Source of the DNA: a virus
Lineage: Duplodnaviria; Caudoviricetes
Direction: 5' to 3' (one strand)
IMG/VR virus record: IMGVR_UViG_3300008259_002461
Length of the DNA stretch: 64,000 nt
In this document: positions 26,361-36,019 of the stretch, one piece after another
Numbering within the stretch: position 1 is the first letter of the stretch
Layout of the letters: every line of letters begins with the position of its first letter
Position numbers and translations under genes: made by a program
The notes under the pieces: generated by a model
The model's database searches: none
Told to the model about the DNA's origin: nothing
The model's input: the letters and a program-made list of their open reading frames with translations, nothing else

Positions 26361-27964
26361 ATCCAAAAATTCTTTTAGTATATCCTAATCTTCCTTTAAT
26401 GATGGCTCCTGCTATCAGCATGGGGATTTTTAATGCAATATGCAAAAATGAAGGATGTGCAGTTGAAATTTTTGAAACTACACAGTACAGTGATGCATAC
26501 TCTAATCGTCACATACGCATGACAGAAATTGGCGCTAATCGTCCTAACAAAGATGACGAAGTCAAAGATATGTTTCATATTCAGCCAACTAGTGAAATTG
26601 TTCCAAACTTTATAAATCATGTAAAAACTTTCAAACCTGACTTAATTTTAATGGGTGTGCAAGAAGATGTTTGGGGCATGTCTTTAACGCTGTTAGATGC
26701 AATTAAAGATTTAAATGTTGATCATATCCTTGGCGGAGTGTTCCCTACAAGTGCTCCGCAGATAGTTTTAGGCAATCCTTTAGTAAAACGTATAGGTATG
26801 CACGAAGGTGAAAATATTGTGCTAGAAGCCATAAATTGCCTTAAAAATGGTGATAGTCTAGATACTGTTGCAGGCACATGGTGGAAGGATCGATTTGGAC
26901 TTGTTCATAAGAACCCCTTGCCTCAACTCTGCGACATTACTAAGGTAACACCTGACTTTACTTGTTTTGCTGATTATCGCTGGCAACGCCCTATGGGTGG
27001 AAAAATCTTCAAAAGAGCAGTATCAATGGAGACTTATAGAGGGTGTCCCTATAACTGCACATACTGCAATAGTCCTAACACAAGAAACTTTTCTAAGGCG
27101 GCTGGTACTGGCAACTTCATGCGGCGCAAGTGTGTTAAGACCATTGAGAGAGATTTACTCTACTACAAAGAGCTTTATGAGCCTGACCTTATAATGTTCC
27201 AAGATGACAGCTTTTTGGCCAGGCCGAAACGTGAAATCTTTGAATTTTGCGAGATGTGGAGCAAGTACAAAATACCATTTTGGTTCAACACTAGAATTGA
27301 GAACTGTGCTCCTGATGTACTGGCTGCACTCAAAGAAGCGGGTGTGTATCGTATGACATTTGGTCTTGAGAGTGGTAATGAGGAATATCGATCAACAGTG
27401 CTAAAACGTGCAGTGACCAACAAAAAGTACCTAGAATACTTTGATTATATCAATGAAAGCAACATACCATACAGCCTTAATGTAATCATAGGTATGCCGT
27501 TTGAAACTCGGAGCATGGTGCTTGAAACTGCTGACATGATAAGAGCCAGCAAGGGGTATGACGGTTTAACCATTTCGATGTTTCAACCATACCATGGTAC
27601 AGATTTGAGGGCCATGGCAGTAGAAAATGGATTTTTACCTGAAAATTTCATCAATGGTCAAGACAGCTCTGAGATGGGTGGTGGCTACCTCGATTCGTGG
27701 GCTCTTCGGATGCCACAGCCTTACCTTCAGCCTAATGAAGTGAAAGCACTCACTCGAACCTTTGCTCTTTATGCTCACTTTGGTCGCGAGCACTATGATG
27801 AAATTTACCGTGCAGAGACGGATGATGAGGTGTATAAACGCCTAATGACCCAGTACCAACATGAATTCTTTGGGGATATTCAGCAAGGCGGCGCAGACCG
27901 GATTAACTCCAAGTACTGCGCCGTGCATGATGCATCAAGCACCTATAACTTTGTAACTGCTTAG
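26357..27964 (+). CDS. cobalamin-dependent radical SAM enzyme
   Basis: N-terminal B12-binding fold (KPDLILMG, ILGGVFPT, EGE); RGCPYNCTYC (CxxxCxxC); FGLESG. Confidence 0.9.
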   Translation: MNPKILLVYPNLPLMMAPAISMGIFNAICKNEGCAVEIFETTQYSDAYSNRHIRMTEIGANRPNKDDEVKDMFHIQPTSEIVPNFINHVKTFKPDLILMGVQEDVWGMSLTLLDAIKDLNVDHILGGVFPTSAPQIVLGNPLVKRIGMHEGENIVLEAINCLKNGDSLDTVAGTWWKDRFGLVHKNPLPQLCDITKVTPDFTCFADYRWQRPMGGKIFKRAVSMETYRGCPYNCTYCNSPNTRNFSKAAGTGNFMRRKCVKTIERDLLYYKELYEPDLIMFQDDSFLARPKREIFEFCEMWSKYKIPFWFNTRIENCAPDVLAALKEAGVYRMTFGLESGNEEYRSTVLKRAVTNKKYLEYFDYINESNIPYSLNVIIGMPFETRSMVLETADMIRASKGYDGLTISMFQPYHGTDLRAMAVENGFLPENFINGQDSSEMGGGYLDSWALRMPQPYLQPNEVKALTRTFALYAHFGREHYDEIYRAETDDEVYKRLMTQYQHEFFGDIQQGGADRINSKYCAVHDASSTYNFVTA

Positions 27965-28416
27965 AGCGAAGCGTCTTCCATACCGGCAACTCTGAGCTTA
28001 ACTACGTTGGTAATTTGCCATTGTTTCTGGTCTAATGCCTTCAAAACACCAAGCCATTTGTTACGAACAAGTGCAAACTCATTAATAATCTTTTCGTAGT
28101 CAACTACGTCACTTTCACCGTCAACATACTTCTCAACATCTCGACTGCTTAGTGCTCGTTGATAATTTTCTAGATATTTCTTAAAGTAAGAACTACGCAG
28201 TCTACGTAGTTCTATGTTCATATACTCTAAAATTGCCTCAATTTCTTGAAGTTGGTTGAATCTTTGTTCAACAATGCCGGGCATCTCTGCTGCGGCACGT
28301 TCAACATTGCCTTTGAGCTTAACTTCTTGTCGAGCCTGTACTAGTTCGTTTTCAAAATGCATAACTGCATCAGGAATCTTTGAAATATCACGAGATACTT
28401 CTGAATACCAACCCAT
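27961..28416 (-). CDS. uvsY: recombination mediator UvsY
   Basis: ALSSRDVEKYVDGE…LDQKQWQITN; adjacent to uvsX; start MGWY (28416). Confidence 0.8.
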   Translation of the reverse strand: MGWYSEVSRDISKIPDAVMHFENELVQARQEVKLKGNVERAAAEMPGIVEQRFNQLQEIEAILEYMNIELRRLRSSYFKKYLENYQRALSSRDVEKYVDGESDVVDYEKIINEFALVRNKWLGVLKALDQKQWQITNVVKLRVAGMEDASL

Positions 28417-28417
28417 A

Positions 28418-28648
28418 CTAGTCCCAATCCATTTCTTCGTCAAGCACTCCGTCACTGTCTAATTCTAGATAGTAATTAATTGCTTGATCGAGATAGGCAC
28501 AACTGCCTATTGCCGAAGTTAACGTTTCTTCTGGTACACCGTAATCAGCACAGAGGTCGATAAATCTTTCAGCGGCTGCTTCTAGATTTTTCTTTTCTAT
28601 GTACTCTTTAAATGTACCCCAGATATCAACGATTTGACTTTCATCCAT
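28418..28648 (-). CDS. small acidic hypothetical protein
   Basis: GAGGAG RBS; fills the uvsX-uvsY gap. Confidence 0.7.
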   Translation of the reverse strand: MDESQIVDIWGTFKEYIEKKNLEAAAERFIDLCADYGVPEETLTSAIGSCAYLDQAINYYLELDSDGVLDEEMDWD

Positions 28649-28653
28649 TAGTT

Positions 28654-29724
28654 TCACTCCTCAGTAAACTCTTCGTTACCTACTACAGCTTCTGAGTTAT
28701 TTACCAATGTGACCATTTTTTCATTGTACTCTGACATAATCAAATCAAGTTTAGGACCGTCCCACTGCTTGCGATAATCAATATGTTCTTTACCAGACAT
28801 GTCAACATACTTAAGACGATTGCCTTGTTTAACTAACAAGCCCTTTTTCTCAAATAATTCAACTAGTCCACTGTAAGGATTCATTCCAGTCTCGTATGGA
28901 ATTTTGACCTGCACCCCTTCAAAAGGTTTAGCATAACGAGTCTTCATTACTTTACAACCAGCACGAATGCCCATTACGTCTGAGATCTTATTGCCATCTT
29001 CATCTTCTTTAAGTTTAAGTTTTTTCATAGCAACTACAATACTTGAAGCATAAATGAAGCCTTGACCACCTGAAATTTTATCGTCGGGGTCAAACATGTC
29101 TTGACTTGCATACGTGTGATTAGTACAGACTAATCCAACGTTAGCATTACCTAGCATGTTAACAGTGTTACGAACTAATGAAGTTAGTGCCTTAGGCTTA
29201 CGGCCCATGTCACCTTTCATGTCACCTGCTTCAAACTGGTTAACATCAGTAGGTGTTAACAACATACCTAGTGAATCAATTACAAACAATACTTTAGGTC
29301 GATCTGCTTCGTCCATTGCTTTATAATCTTTCATGAACGTCGAAATAGTTTTTGCTACATCGTCGATCATTGCCATATTAAGTTTAAGCAACTTTTCTTC
29401 GCTGGTATCAACGCCAAGTGCGTGTAACCAACTTTCATCAAGAGCATTTTCTGAATCAATTAAAACTACAAAAATGCCCTGAGCTTGTGCATCTTTTACA
29501 ATATTACCTGAACAGAAATATGATTTTCCTGCACCGCTCTCACCTGCAAACACAGTTACCTTACCTAGCGGTACGCCTTTATGAAAGTCGCCGCTGATGA
29601 GGAAATTTAATGCGTATGATCCTGTTGAAATCCAATCAGTGGGATCATTAAATCCAGCACTCACGCCTGAGATACTTTTAGTTAAGTCCTTACGGAACTT
29701 ACTAACATCAAAAGATTTAGCCAT
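28654..29724 (-). CDS. uvsX: RecA-like recombinase UvsX
   Basis: STGS, GESGAGKS, IDSENA, VIDSLG, GGQGFIYASS. Confidence 0.95.
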   Translation of the reverse strand: MAKSFDVSKFRKDLTKSISGVSAGFNDPTDWISTGSYALNFLISGDFHKGVPLGKVTVFAGESGAGKSYFCSGNIVKDAQAQGIFVVLIDSENALDESWLHALGVDTSEEKLLKLNMAMIDDVAKTISTFMKDYKAMDEADRPKVLFVIDSLGMLLTPTDVNQFEAGDMKGDMGRKPKALTSLVRNTVNMLGNANVGLVCTNHTYASQDMFDPDDKISGGQGFIYASSIVVAMKKLKLKEDEDGNKISDVMGIRAGCKVMKTRYAKPFEGVQVKIPYETGMNPYSGLVELFEKKGLLVKQGNRLKYVDMSGKEHIDYRKQWDGPKLDLIMSEYNEKMVTLVNNSEAVVGNEEFTEE

Positions 29725-29748
29725 ATTTTTCTCCTATTAAGCCAAGAT

Positions 29749-29782
29749 GGTAAAGCATGTACTTGCGTACAGAGGCCTTACC
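29749..29782 (-). other. intergenic RNA hairpin between gp32 and uvsX (GCAA tetraloop)
   Basis: Minus strand GGTAAGGC-ctc-TGTAC-GCAA-GTACA-t-GCTTTACC; no U-tract. Confidence 0.5.
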
Positions 29783-29790
29783 TATTCTAA

Positions 29791-30759
29791 TTAACCGTTG
29801 TTTTGTCTTGAACGGATCATTGCTAGAATGTCCTGTGCGTTGCCGCCTGCGGCTTGTTTAGGTTCTGCTTTTGGAGCAGGAGTTGCCGTTTTTACAGGAG
29901 CACTAACTGGCTCGTCATCTGGGTCTGGAGTAACTGCTGATGGTGCAACAGGATCGCCAGTCTTAGAACTCATTCCGGCTGGGCGGAAGTATTGTCCCCA
30001 ACGTTGCATGTCAAATGCTTCACCATCTACTGATGCTTCAAACATTTCTTTCATGACCTTAAGCTCTACATCGCCTGGTTTCTTAGGCAAATAGTCGCTC
30101 ATGTTAAACAACCCATTAGTATTAACTGCTGACATTTCTGCGTCAGTTAACGGACGCTCACGACGTGCCCAACTTGAAGTTGAGTAGTCAGCGTAGCCAC
30201 CTTTTGAAGTCTTGTTAAGACGGAAATCTACACCGTGTGTGAAGTCAGTTGGCAATTCTTCCATGTCTGGATCCATCAATGCTTGTTTGATGATCTGGAA
30301 GATCTGAGGACCAATGATAAATCGTCGAATTGGATTCTCTGGTGTCTTGTCATCGGAGATTGGGTTGTCGACTACAAACCCTTGGAAGATGTAACTCTTT
30401 TTCTTCCAGTACTTACGACCCATGTCTTCAAGAGTTGGATCTTTGAACCACGCACGAACCTCGTTAAGGATTGGACAGCTTTCACCATACATTTCCATAC
30501 AAGGTACTTGTACTTGTACAGGACGTGAATCTGTCTCGCCTTTAACTCCCGCGAACGGAAGTTTAATCATGAGACGCTCTGCCCAGAAAAATGTATTATT
30601 GGTGTTACCATCTGGAACGAAACGAAGCGTTGCGCTTTGTCCTTCTTTCATGTTCCAAAACGGATAGATTGCGTTGTCGCCGCCTGAACTTTGATTGTTA
30701 CCGCTTGCACGGCCTTCTTGCTCTTTGAGCTTTGCTCTAATTTCTGATAATGATGCCAT
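29791..30759 (-). CDS. gp32: single-stranded DNA-binding protein (gp32-like)
   Basis: IYPFW…LRFVPD, VPCMEMYGESCPI, WKKKSYIFQGFV, IGPQIF, KTSKGGYADY. Confidence 0.9.
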   Translation of the reverse strand: MASLSEIRAKLKEQEGRASGNNQSSGGDNAIYPFWNMKEGQSATLRFVPDGNTNNTFFWAERLMIKLPFAGVKGETDSRPVQVQVPCMEMYGESCPILNEVRAWFKDPTLEDMGRKYWKKKSYIFQGFVVDNPISDDKTPENPIRRFIIGPQIFQIIKQALMDPDMEELPTDFTHGVDFRLNKTSKGGYADYSTSSWARRERPLTDAEMSAVNTNGLFNMSDYLPKKPGDVELKVMKEMFEASVDGEAFDMQRWGQYFRPAGMSSKTGDPVAPSAVTPDPDDEPVSAPVKTATPAPKAEPKQAAGGNAQDILAMIRSRQNNG

Positions 30760-30819
30760 AGTATGTGCCTCCTATAAATTTGCCTATGTGCTTTGTGCCT
30801 TTAATGTAGCACTGTGTAT

Positions 30820-30849
30820 ATAATAACACAATGTTACTTACCTTGTCAA
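30820..30849 (-). promoter_or_regulatory. sigma70-type promoter of gp32-uvsX-uvsY
   Basis: TTGACA-18 nt-TATTAT with TGn; GGAGG RBS before ATG 30759. Confidence 0.65.
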
Positions 30850-30889
30850 GTTATTTTCTTGAAAAAACCTGACTAAAAAATCATCTAGC

Positions 30890-32911
30890 TTATCTTAAGC
30901 CAGCCAATTCTTTCATTCGTTGAAATTCAGGATCGAACTGTTGCGGTGACTGTTCCATTTGAAATTGTTCAAATGTTTGATTAATCCGTTCTATAAACTG
31001 CTTGGCTGGTTCTATGAACGACTCGCCATAATCTTTTTCGATAGCAGTAAGAACAGCAGTTTCACCTTTGGGGAACGTACCTGTGTTTCTGTCATATAAA
31101 GAGAGAACAAACTCTGTGACTGGCACTTTCTTCTCAAGGGTGATTTGGTCGTCACCATTAGGATGTGGAACCTTGTCGCCTTTCTTTTTGCCTTGCATTT
31201 TTGCTTGTTGTACAGCATGTGCGTATGCGTTGCCTTCTTTTTTAACAAGTCCTGCTTTTTCAAACGCTGCATCAGTCTCAGGACCTCCCATACTTGCTCC
31301 TGTTTTTCCATCTTTTATAGTGAGATACTTAGCCGGAGTTCTAGCTATAGCAGAACCGTTGTCTTGCTTGTTAAGTATGTAATGTGTCTTACTTTGTGTA
31401 TCTAGTACTGCTTTTCTTGTAGCACCAAATGCTTCAATAGAAGTTAACATAAATCCATTGCCTAAATCTTGTTGTCCAGTATCTTCTTTGGTATCATCAC
31501 CTGATGATAATGCGCCTGCTTCTAAATCTTCAGCCCATGATTCAAAATCTTGGAATGCACCTTTGATTCTTTCAAGAGTTGATTTAACATCGTTGCCTTT
31601 GCCTTTGTCATGATCAATGCTATCTACTTGCATATTAGCAGTACCTTTAAGACCAAACTTCTTTGCAATCTGTTGTACTTCTGGAGTCTCTGGTAAGCGT
31701 TTTTCTTTAACGTAAGAATATAAACACTCTAGTTCATTGCCGTTACACGAAGCTAAAACTCTTCCAGCGGCTGTCTTGTCGCGTGTTTGAGTAACAATGT
31801 GTTTTGCTAATATGGTTTTAGCATCTTCTTCTTCTTTACTACCAAATATTGCATCACCGATTGCGCCAGCTGCTTGTCCAACACCTGATTTAAATTTGTC
31901 CCAAGTTGGGCCTTCACCTAATAAGTCATCTGGACCCAGTTCTTTTGCTTTCGTATGTTCGCTTACTAGTCTATAAATGTATGGAAATACATCTTTAAGT
32001 TCTTCATTAAATTGACGAATAGTTAATTGGTCAATCCAATTTTCTGCAACATCGCTAGGTACTTCTTCCATCACAGGCACTGTGAATCCAGCAACTGCTT
32101 CTTTATAATATGTTTCTCTTTGTAGTCCGTGTATGGCAGATTTTACTGTAACAATTCTTTCATTAACTGCATCTAGATAATCACTAAGACCTTCTGCCAT
32201 TACACTTGAACGACCCATGTATGTTTTAAATTTCTTTAGCTTAGATAGTTCTTCGGATAAACTTGTAATGTGTGATCCAAAGTCATCAAATGGCTTGCCA
32301 CCTTCGCCTACATGACGAGCCATTGCTCTTGCTCCGTTTAAGTGACGGTATGGATATTTGAATCTTTCACCTTCGGAGCTTTCAATATAGATGCTTTCAA
32401 TGTGCTGTGTTCTACCAGCTGGCATCACTTGATTAATAGGTTGGCTATGTTTTATAGCTAGTCGAGCATTGCCGACATCTTGGTAACTAGTTCTACTAGT
32501 ACCATACATTTTAGATTCTACCATTGTATCTTCTCCGGTCCGGTTTGTTGCGAGAAATTTATAATCTCTTTTATCTAGATTTGATTTTGTAATATTGCGA
32601 GTATCAAAATTTAGCAAACGCTTTCTGCTAAATTGACGTAATTCTTTTAAAAATTCATACCAATGTTGACGTGTTGCTGTATCTTCGTTTTCAGCAAAAT
32701 CATCACTGTACATTACTGATATAGTTTTTTCGTCAAGACTAACACTTACTTTACCTAGGCTTCTATCACCTTCTTTATAATCAAAATCAAAGAAACGAGC
32801 CTCTTTTGGAACGTTAGTTACCTCACCGCTATCATTACCAATAGTGATGGTGGGGAATCTTCCTCTAATCTTGTTGAATAATTCGTCTGCTATAAAATCT
32901 AGATTTTTCAT
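30890..32911 (-). CDS. conserved hypothetical late protein (673 aa), possibly head/internal
   Basis: TAAATA 6 nt upstream; follows terminase; acidic with a variable Gly/Ala-rich middle. Confidence 0.75.
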   Translation of the reverse strand: MKNLDFIADELFNKIRGRFPTITIGNDSGEVTNVPKEARFFDFDYKEGDRSLGKVSVSLDEKTISVMYSDDFAENEDTATRQHWYEFLKELRQFSRKRLLNFDTRNITKSNLDKRDYKFLATNRTGEDTMVESKMYGTSRTSYQDVGNARLAIKHSQPINQVMPAGRTQHIESIYIESSEGERFKYPYRHLNGARAMARHVGEGGKPFDDFGSHITSLSEELSKLKKFKTYMGRSSVMAEGLSDYLDAVNERIVTVKSAIHGLQRETYYKEAVAGFTVPVMEEVPSDVAENWIDQLTIRQFNEELKDVFPYIYRLVSEHTKAKELGPDDLLGEGPTWDKFKSGVGQAAGAIGDAIFGSKEEEDAKTILAKHIVTQTRDKTAAGRVLASCNGNELECLYSYVKEKRLPETPEVQQIAKKFGLKGTANMQVDSIDHDKGKGNDVKSTLERIKGAFQDFESWAEDLEAGALSSGDDTKEDTGQQDLGNGFMLTSIEAFGATRKAVLDTQSKTHYILNKQDNGSAIARTPAKYLTIKDGKTGASMGGPETDAAFEKAGLVKKEGNAYAHAVQQAKMQGKKKGDKVPHPNGDDQITLEKKVPVTEFVLSLYDRNTGTFPKGETAVLTAIEKDYGESFIEPAKQFIERINQTFEQFQMEQSPQQFDPEFQRMKELAGLR

Positions 32912-32923
32912 ATGTTGTATTTA

Positions 32924-34504
32924 TCAATAGTTGGTGCTAATGAATATCGGCATCGGCGGCTCGTAATCTTCAAAATTGTCTGTTTGATTAAAGGTGTTAT
33001 ACACTCTAGGATCCCAATCTTTGAGCACATCTATCATACGTATGGACAATAACGTAGCACTAACCAAGTCATCGCTTTGTCCTAATTTAGCTTGGTAGGA
33101 ACTACCTGTAGCAATAAAGTTCTTAAACTCAGAAATTAGAGGTTTAGAATTAACTTCTAATTTATCATTTTCAACCATTGTTTTTAATCTACTACAGGCT
33201 GTAATTTTTGCAGAATGTGTAGTATTAAATCCTTTACGGAATTTACGCACATGGCCTTTACGTATAGGTTCTGATACAAAAAGTCCTGGAATATTTTCTT
33301 CTCCAAAATCGTTAATTACAATTAGTGCTGCTTCGCCTATTCCGTTGTTTTCTACACTCCAGTAAATACCTGTAGAATTTTTAGTTTCGGATTCGATATA
33401 TTTGCATATGTCTGCTAAAATTCTTATCTGACCAGGGATAGCAGTAGTATTGTGTTGCCACTCAGCTACTTGCTTATATGTAGGTAATTCTATAACTTGT
33501 ATAGCTGCATTATTTCCTCCGGTACCCATTGACGGGTCAAGTGCAACGCAATAGGTATTATCGCTTGTGGGCTTTTTATACCAACGAGTTTGGCCCATAT
33601 TAAGAATAGGACTTTTACCGTCTAATGATGCAAGTTTAATACTGCTAATCAGTGTTTCATCAAATACTAAGAATTCACAGCCGTACTCTCGACGGAATCT
33701 TTCTTCACCAATTCTACCAATTTCTTCATCGCGCCATTTGTCGTCTCTATCAGGGTGTTCACTCCAGTGACATGTAAATGCGTGAAACCCGTTAATGCCC
33801 ACGTCTGATTCATTGCCATATTCGTCAAACTTTTTATCAGCATCTTTCCAAATTGTAGCAAATGTATCTTCGTCTGAGTTTGGAGTTGAAGTAATAATTG
33901 CTCTACCACCAGTTGCAAGTGTTGGTGATATTGACGTCCAAAACTCGTCTGCAATGTTAGGAGCAACGAATGCAAACTCGTCGCAGTATAAGAGTGATAT
34001 AGACATACCGCGACCGGTATTACCTGTAGTAGTAGCACTTACAATACGACTACCGTTTTCAAATTCAATACTGCCTTTGTTATAATTGATAACACCTGCT
34101 CTAATGTGATCTGGACATAATTCGTACACATAGCGTATACGCTGCATAATTTCTTGAGCACCTGTATATTTGTGTGCTGCAATAAGAATTGTTTGATCAG
34201 GATGGAACATTGCGAACCACGCAAGATACACCGCGGCACAAGTAGTCTTTCCAGTCTGACGAGGTAACATGTTAACGTTGAATCTATAATTGTGATAAGA
34301 TTCCATTAACCTTTCTTGATATTCGTACGGATCAAATAATAATTTGCCTTTTACCGGGTGCTGAATATATGCAAAGTTTTTTGCAAAATAAAGATAGCCC
34401 GTATCGGAGTCCATACACTTTAACAAATCTTCAATTTGATTTTCAGTATATGTTTCTTTTTTATTAGCTTTTTTGGTTAATACGCCGTCTAGTGATTTAC
34501 TCAT
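32924..34504 (-). CDS. gp17: terminase large subunit
   Basis: FDPYEYQ, PRQTGKT, YCDEFAF, ITSTPN, RREYGCEF, LDPSMG, DDLV. Confidence 0.96.
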   Translation of the reverse strand: MSKSLDGVLTKKANKKETYTENQIEDLLKCMDSDTGYLYFAKNFAYIQHPVKGKLLFDPYEYQERLMESYHNYRFNVNMLPRQTGKTTCAAVYLAWFAMFHPDQTILIAAHKYTGAQEIMQRIRYVYELCPDHIRAGVINYNKGSIEFENGSRIVSATTTGNTGRGMSISLLYCDEFAFVAPNIADEFWTSISPTLATGGRAIITSTPNSDEDTFATIWKDADKKFDEYGNESDVGINGFHAFTCHWSEHPDRDDKWRDEEIGRIGEERFRREYGCEFLVFDETLISSIKLASLDGKSPILNMGQTRWYKKPTSDNTYCVALDPSMGTGGNNAAIQVIELPTYKQVAEWQHNTTAIPGQIRILADICKYIESETKNSTGIYWSVENNGIGEAALIVINDFGEENIPGLFVSEPIRKGHVRKFRKGFNTTHSAKITACSRLKTMVENDKLEVNSKPLISEFKNFIATGSSYQAKLGQSDDLVSATLLSIRMIDVLKDWDPRVYNTFNQTDNFEDYEPPMPIFISTNY

Positions 34505-34518
34505 GTGTTTATTTACTC

Positions 34519-34546
34519 AAAAAAATGGGCTCCGGAGAGCCCATTT
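34519..34546 (-). terminator. intrinsic terminator
   Basis: AAATGGGCTC-TCCG-GAGCCCATTT plus T-tract; the terminase TAAATA (34510-34515) follows immediately. Confidence 0.85.
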
Positions 34547-34565
34547 GAGTGCTATCTATAATAGC

Positions 34566-35438
34566 TTATTTTTTGGTATTATCAAATTTCTTACCACCTT
34601 CAACACCCCAAGTTCCAGTCTTAGACTTTTTCTGCTCTGGAGCGCCTTTTTTCTCAGCAGCAGATCTAGACTTAGCATCTGATTTTGGTTCAGCATGTGG
34701 CTCATCACTGTAACGCTTTGGATTTTCTGTATGCTTAGTAACGCCCTTCTTTGAACGATCAATCTCGCCACCTGTAGAAGATTTTTCTTCTTTTACTTTT
34801 TTAGCAAATGGATTAACACCCTTTTTAGGTGCAGCGCCTTTCTTATCAGATACAGCTTTTTTCATTGGCTCTTTTTTGTTGCCATCTTTGTCCATATCTA
34901 AGAAATCTGGTTTTGCTTTCTTTTCTTTGAGTGCAGCCCATAAACGTTCTTTGATACTTTCTACTGCCATTGGGTTATCTCCGCCTGCAGCCGGCTTAAA
35001 CATTTTCTTTTGCCCGTTAATACCGCCGCTAAGATCCTTAGTCATATATTTTGTATCACTATATTTTTCATCTGGGGCATTAGAAAATTCTTCTTCTTCC
35101 ATTTCCGCATTATCCATAGCCAATGCCATTGGCATAGTCTTTGCTGGCATTGGCATTGACATCGACGAGCTATCTAGTCCAGCACTTTTTAACAAACTCA
35201 TTAGTTCGTCAACATTTTCTTTGCCGCTTGCATTTAAGCTAATGTTCATACTAACTGGAGTGCCTTCACGTTGCGGCATGCCGCCCATTGTGCCTGGCAT
35301 AGTGCCGCATTCAGCTACTTGTACTTTGTCAAAAGATTCAAGGATTTTTTTCATCGCGCCTGCTTCTTTTTGTGCGGTACCTTTAATAGTTCCTTTTTCA
35401 ATGCCATTAAGAGTGGCGAGTAGTTTATTCATATCCAT
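34566..35438 (-). CDS. Lys/Met-rich low-complexity hypothetical (probable internal head protein)
   Basis: 290 aa with DFLDMDKDGNKKEP (DxDxDG) and charged repeats. Confidence 0.7.
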   Translation of the reverse strand: MDMNKLLATLNGIEKGTIKGTAQKEAGAMKKILESFDKVQVAECGTMPGTMGGMPQREGTPVSMNISLNASGKENVDELMSLLKSAGLDSSSMSMPMPAKTMPMALAMDNAEMEEEEFSNAPDEKYSDTKYMTKDLSGGINGQKKMFKPAAGGDNPMAVESIKERLWAALKEKKAKPDFLDMDKDGNKKEPMKKAVSDKKGAAPKKGVNPFAKKVKEEKSSTGGEIDRSKKGVTKHTENPKRYSDEPHAEPKSDAKSRSAAEKKGAPEQKKSKTGTWGVEGGKKFDNTKK

Positions 35439-35440
35439 AA

Positions 35441-35998
35441 TTAGTTTCCTATGACGCTAGTTGCGTTTTCTTTAGTATCCATCTGTTTGCTCTTACCGCT
35501 AGTAACTGCACCCGCAGGTTCTACGTTTCTTTCTTTACGAGCAATTTCTAATTCTTTTAATAGATCCATCACTCTATTTTGACCAACATTAGGTTGGGCA
35601 CTTTCACCGCCCATATCTTGTTTAGTTAACAAAGGTTCGTAAGGTTCATTTTCTTTAATATTTTGTTGTCTTTCTAGAGGATCATTTTCACCTCTAATTA
35701 CCCAGCGATTTTTTGCAATCATGCAGTTGTCTGCTAGGTAGTGTTGTAACACGTGACTTGTTGTGGGATAGTTAACTTCGGCTTCAAACATATGAACTTC
35801 CATATTTTGCATCTGTGGAAAATCTAATGGAGTTTCTTGAATAGGTGTACGTTTTGGTGCTGACAGTTTAACTAGTTCAAATTTTTCTAGGTTGCGCTTC
35901 ATACTATCCGCAAATCCTTCGGGTAGATCACCTGCTACCTTAATTAGAAACTTGTAGGTCTTTTTAGACTCTGTTAAAAAATCTTTAAAATTCTTCAT
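35441..35998 (-). CDS. hypothetical late protein
   Basis: Starts MKNFKDFLTES, typical of protease-processed head proteins. Confidence 0.7.
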   Translation of the reverse strand: MKNFKDFLTESKKTYKFLIKVAGDLPEGFADSMKRNLEKFELVKLSAPKRTPIQETPLDFPQMQNMEVHMFEAEVNYPTTSHVLQHYLADNCMIAKNRWVIRGENDPLERQQNIKENEPYEPLLTKQDMGGESAQPNVGQNRVMDLLKELEIARKERNVEPAGAVTSGKSKQMDTKENATSVIGN

Positions 35999-36019
35999 CG
36001 TGTGCAATCCCATTGTTTA

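Noticed and set aside
27966-27972. GCGAAGC mini-hairpin at the radical SAM/uvsY junction
   Set aside because: Single copy inside the uvsY coding end (…DASL); consistent with chance.
6023-34504. Inteins or introns in helicase, UvsW, UvsX or terminase
   Set aside because: All have normal lengths and continuous motifs, with no C/S…HN splice junctions or LAGLIDADG inserts seen.
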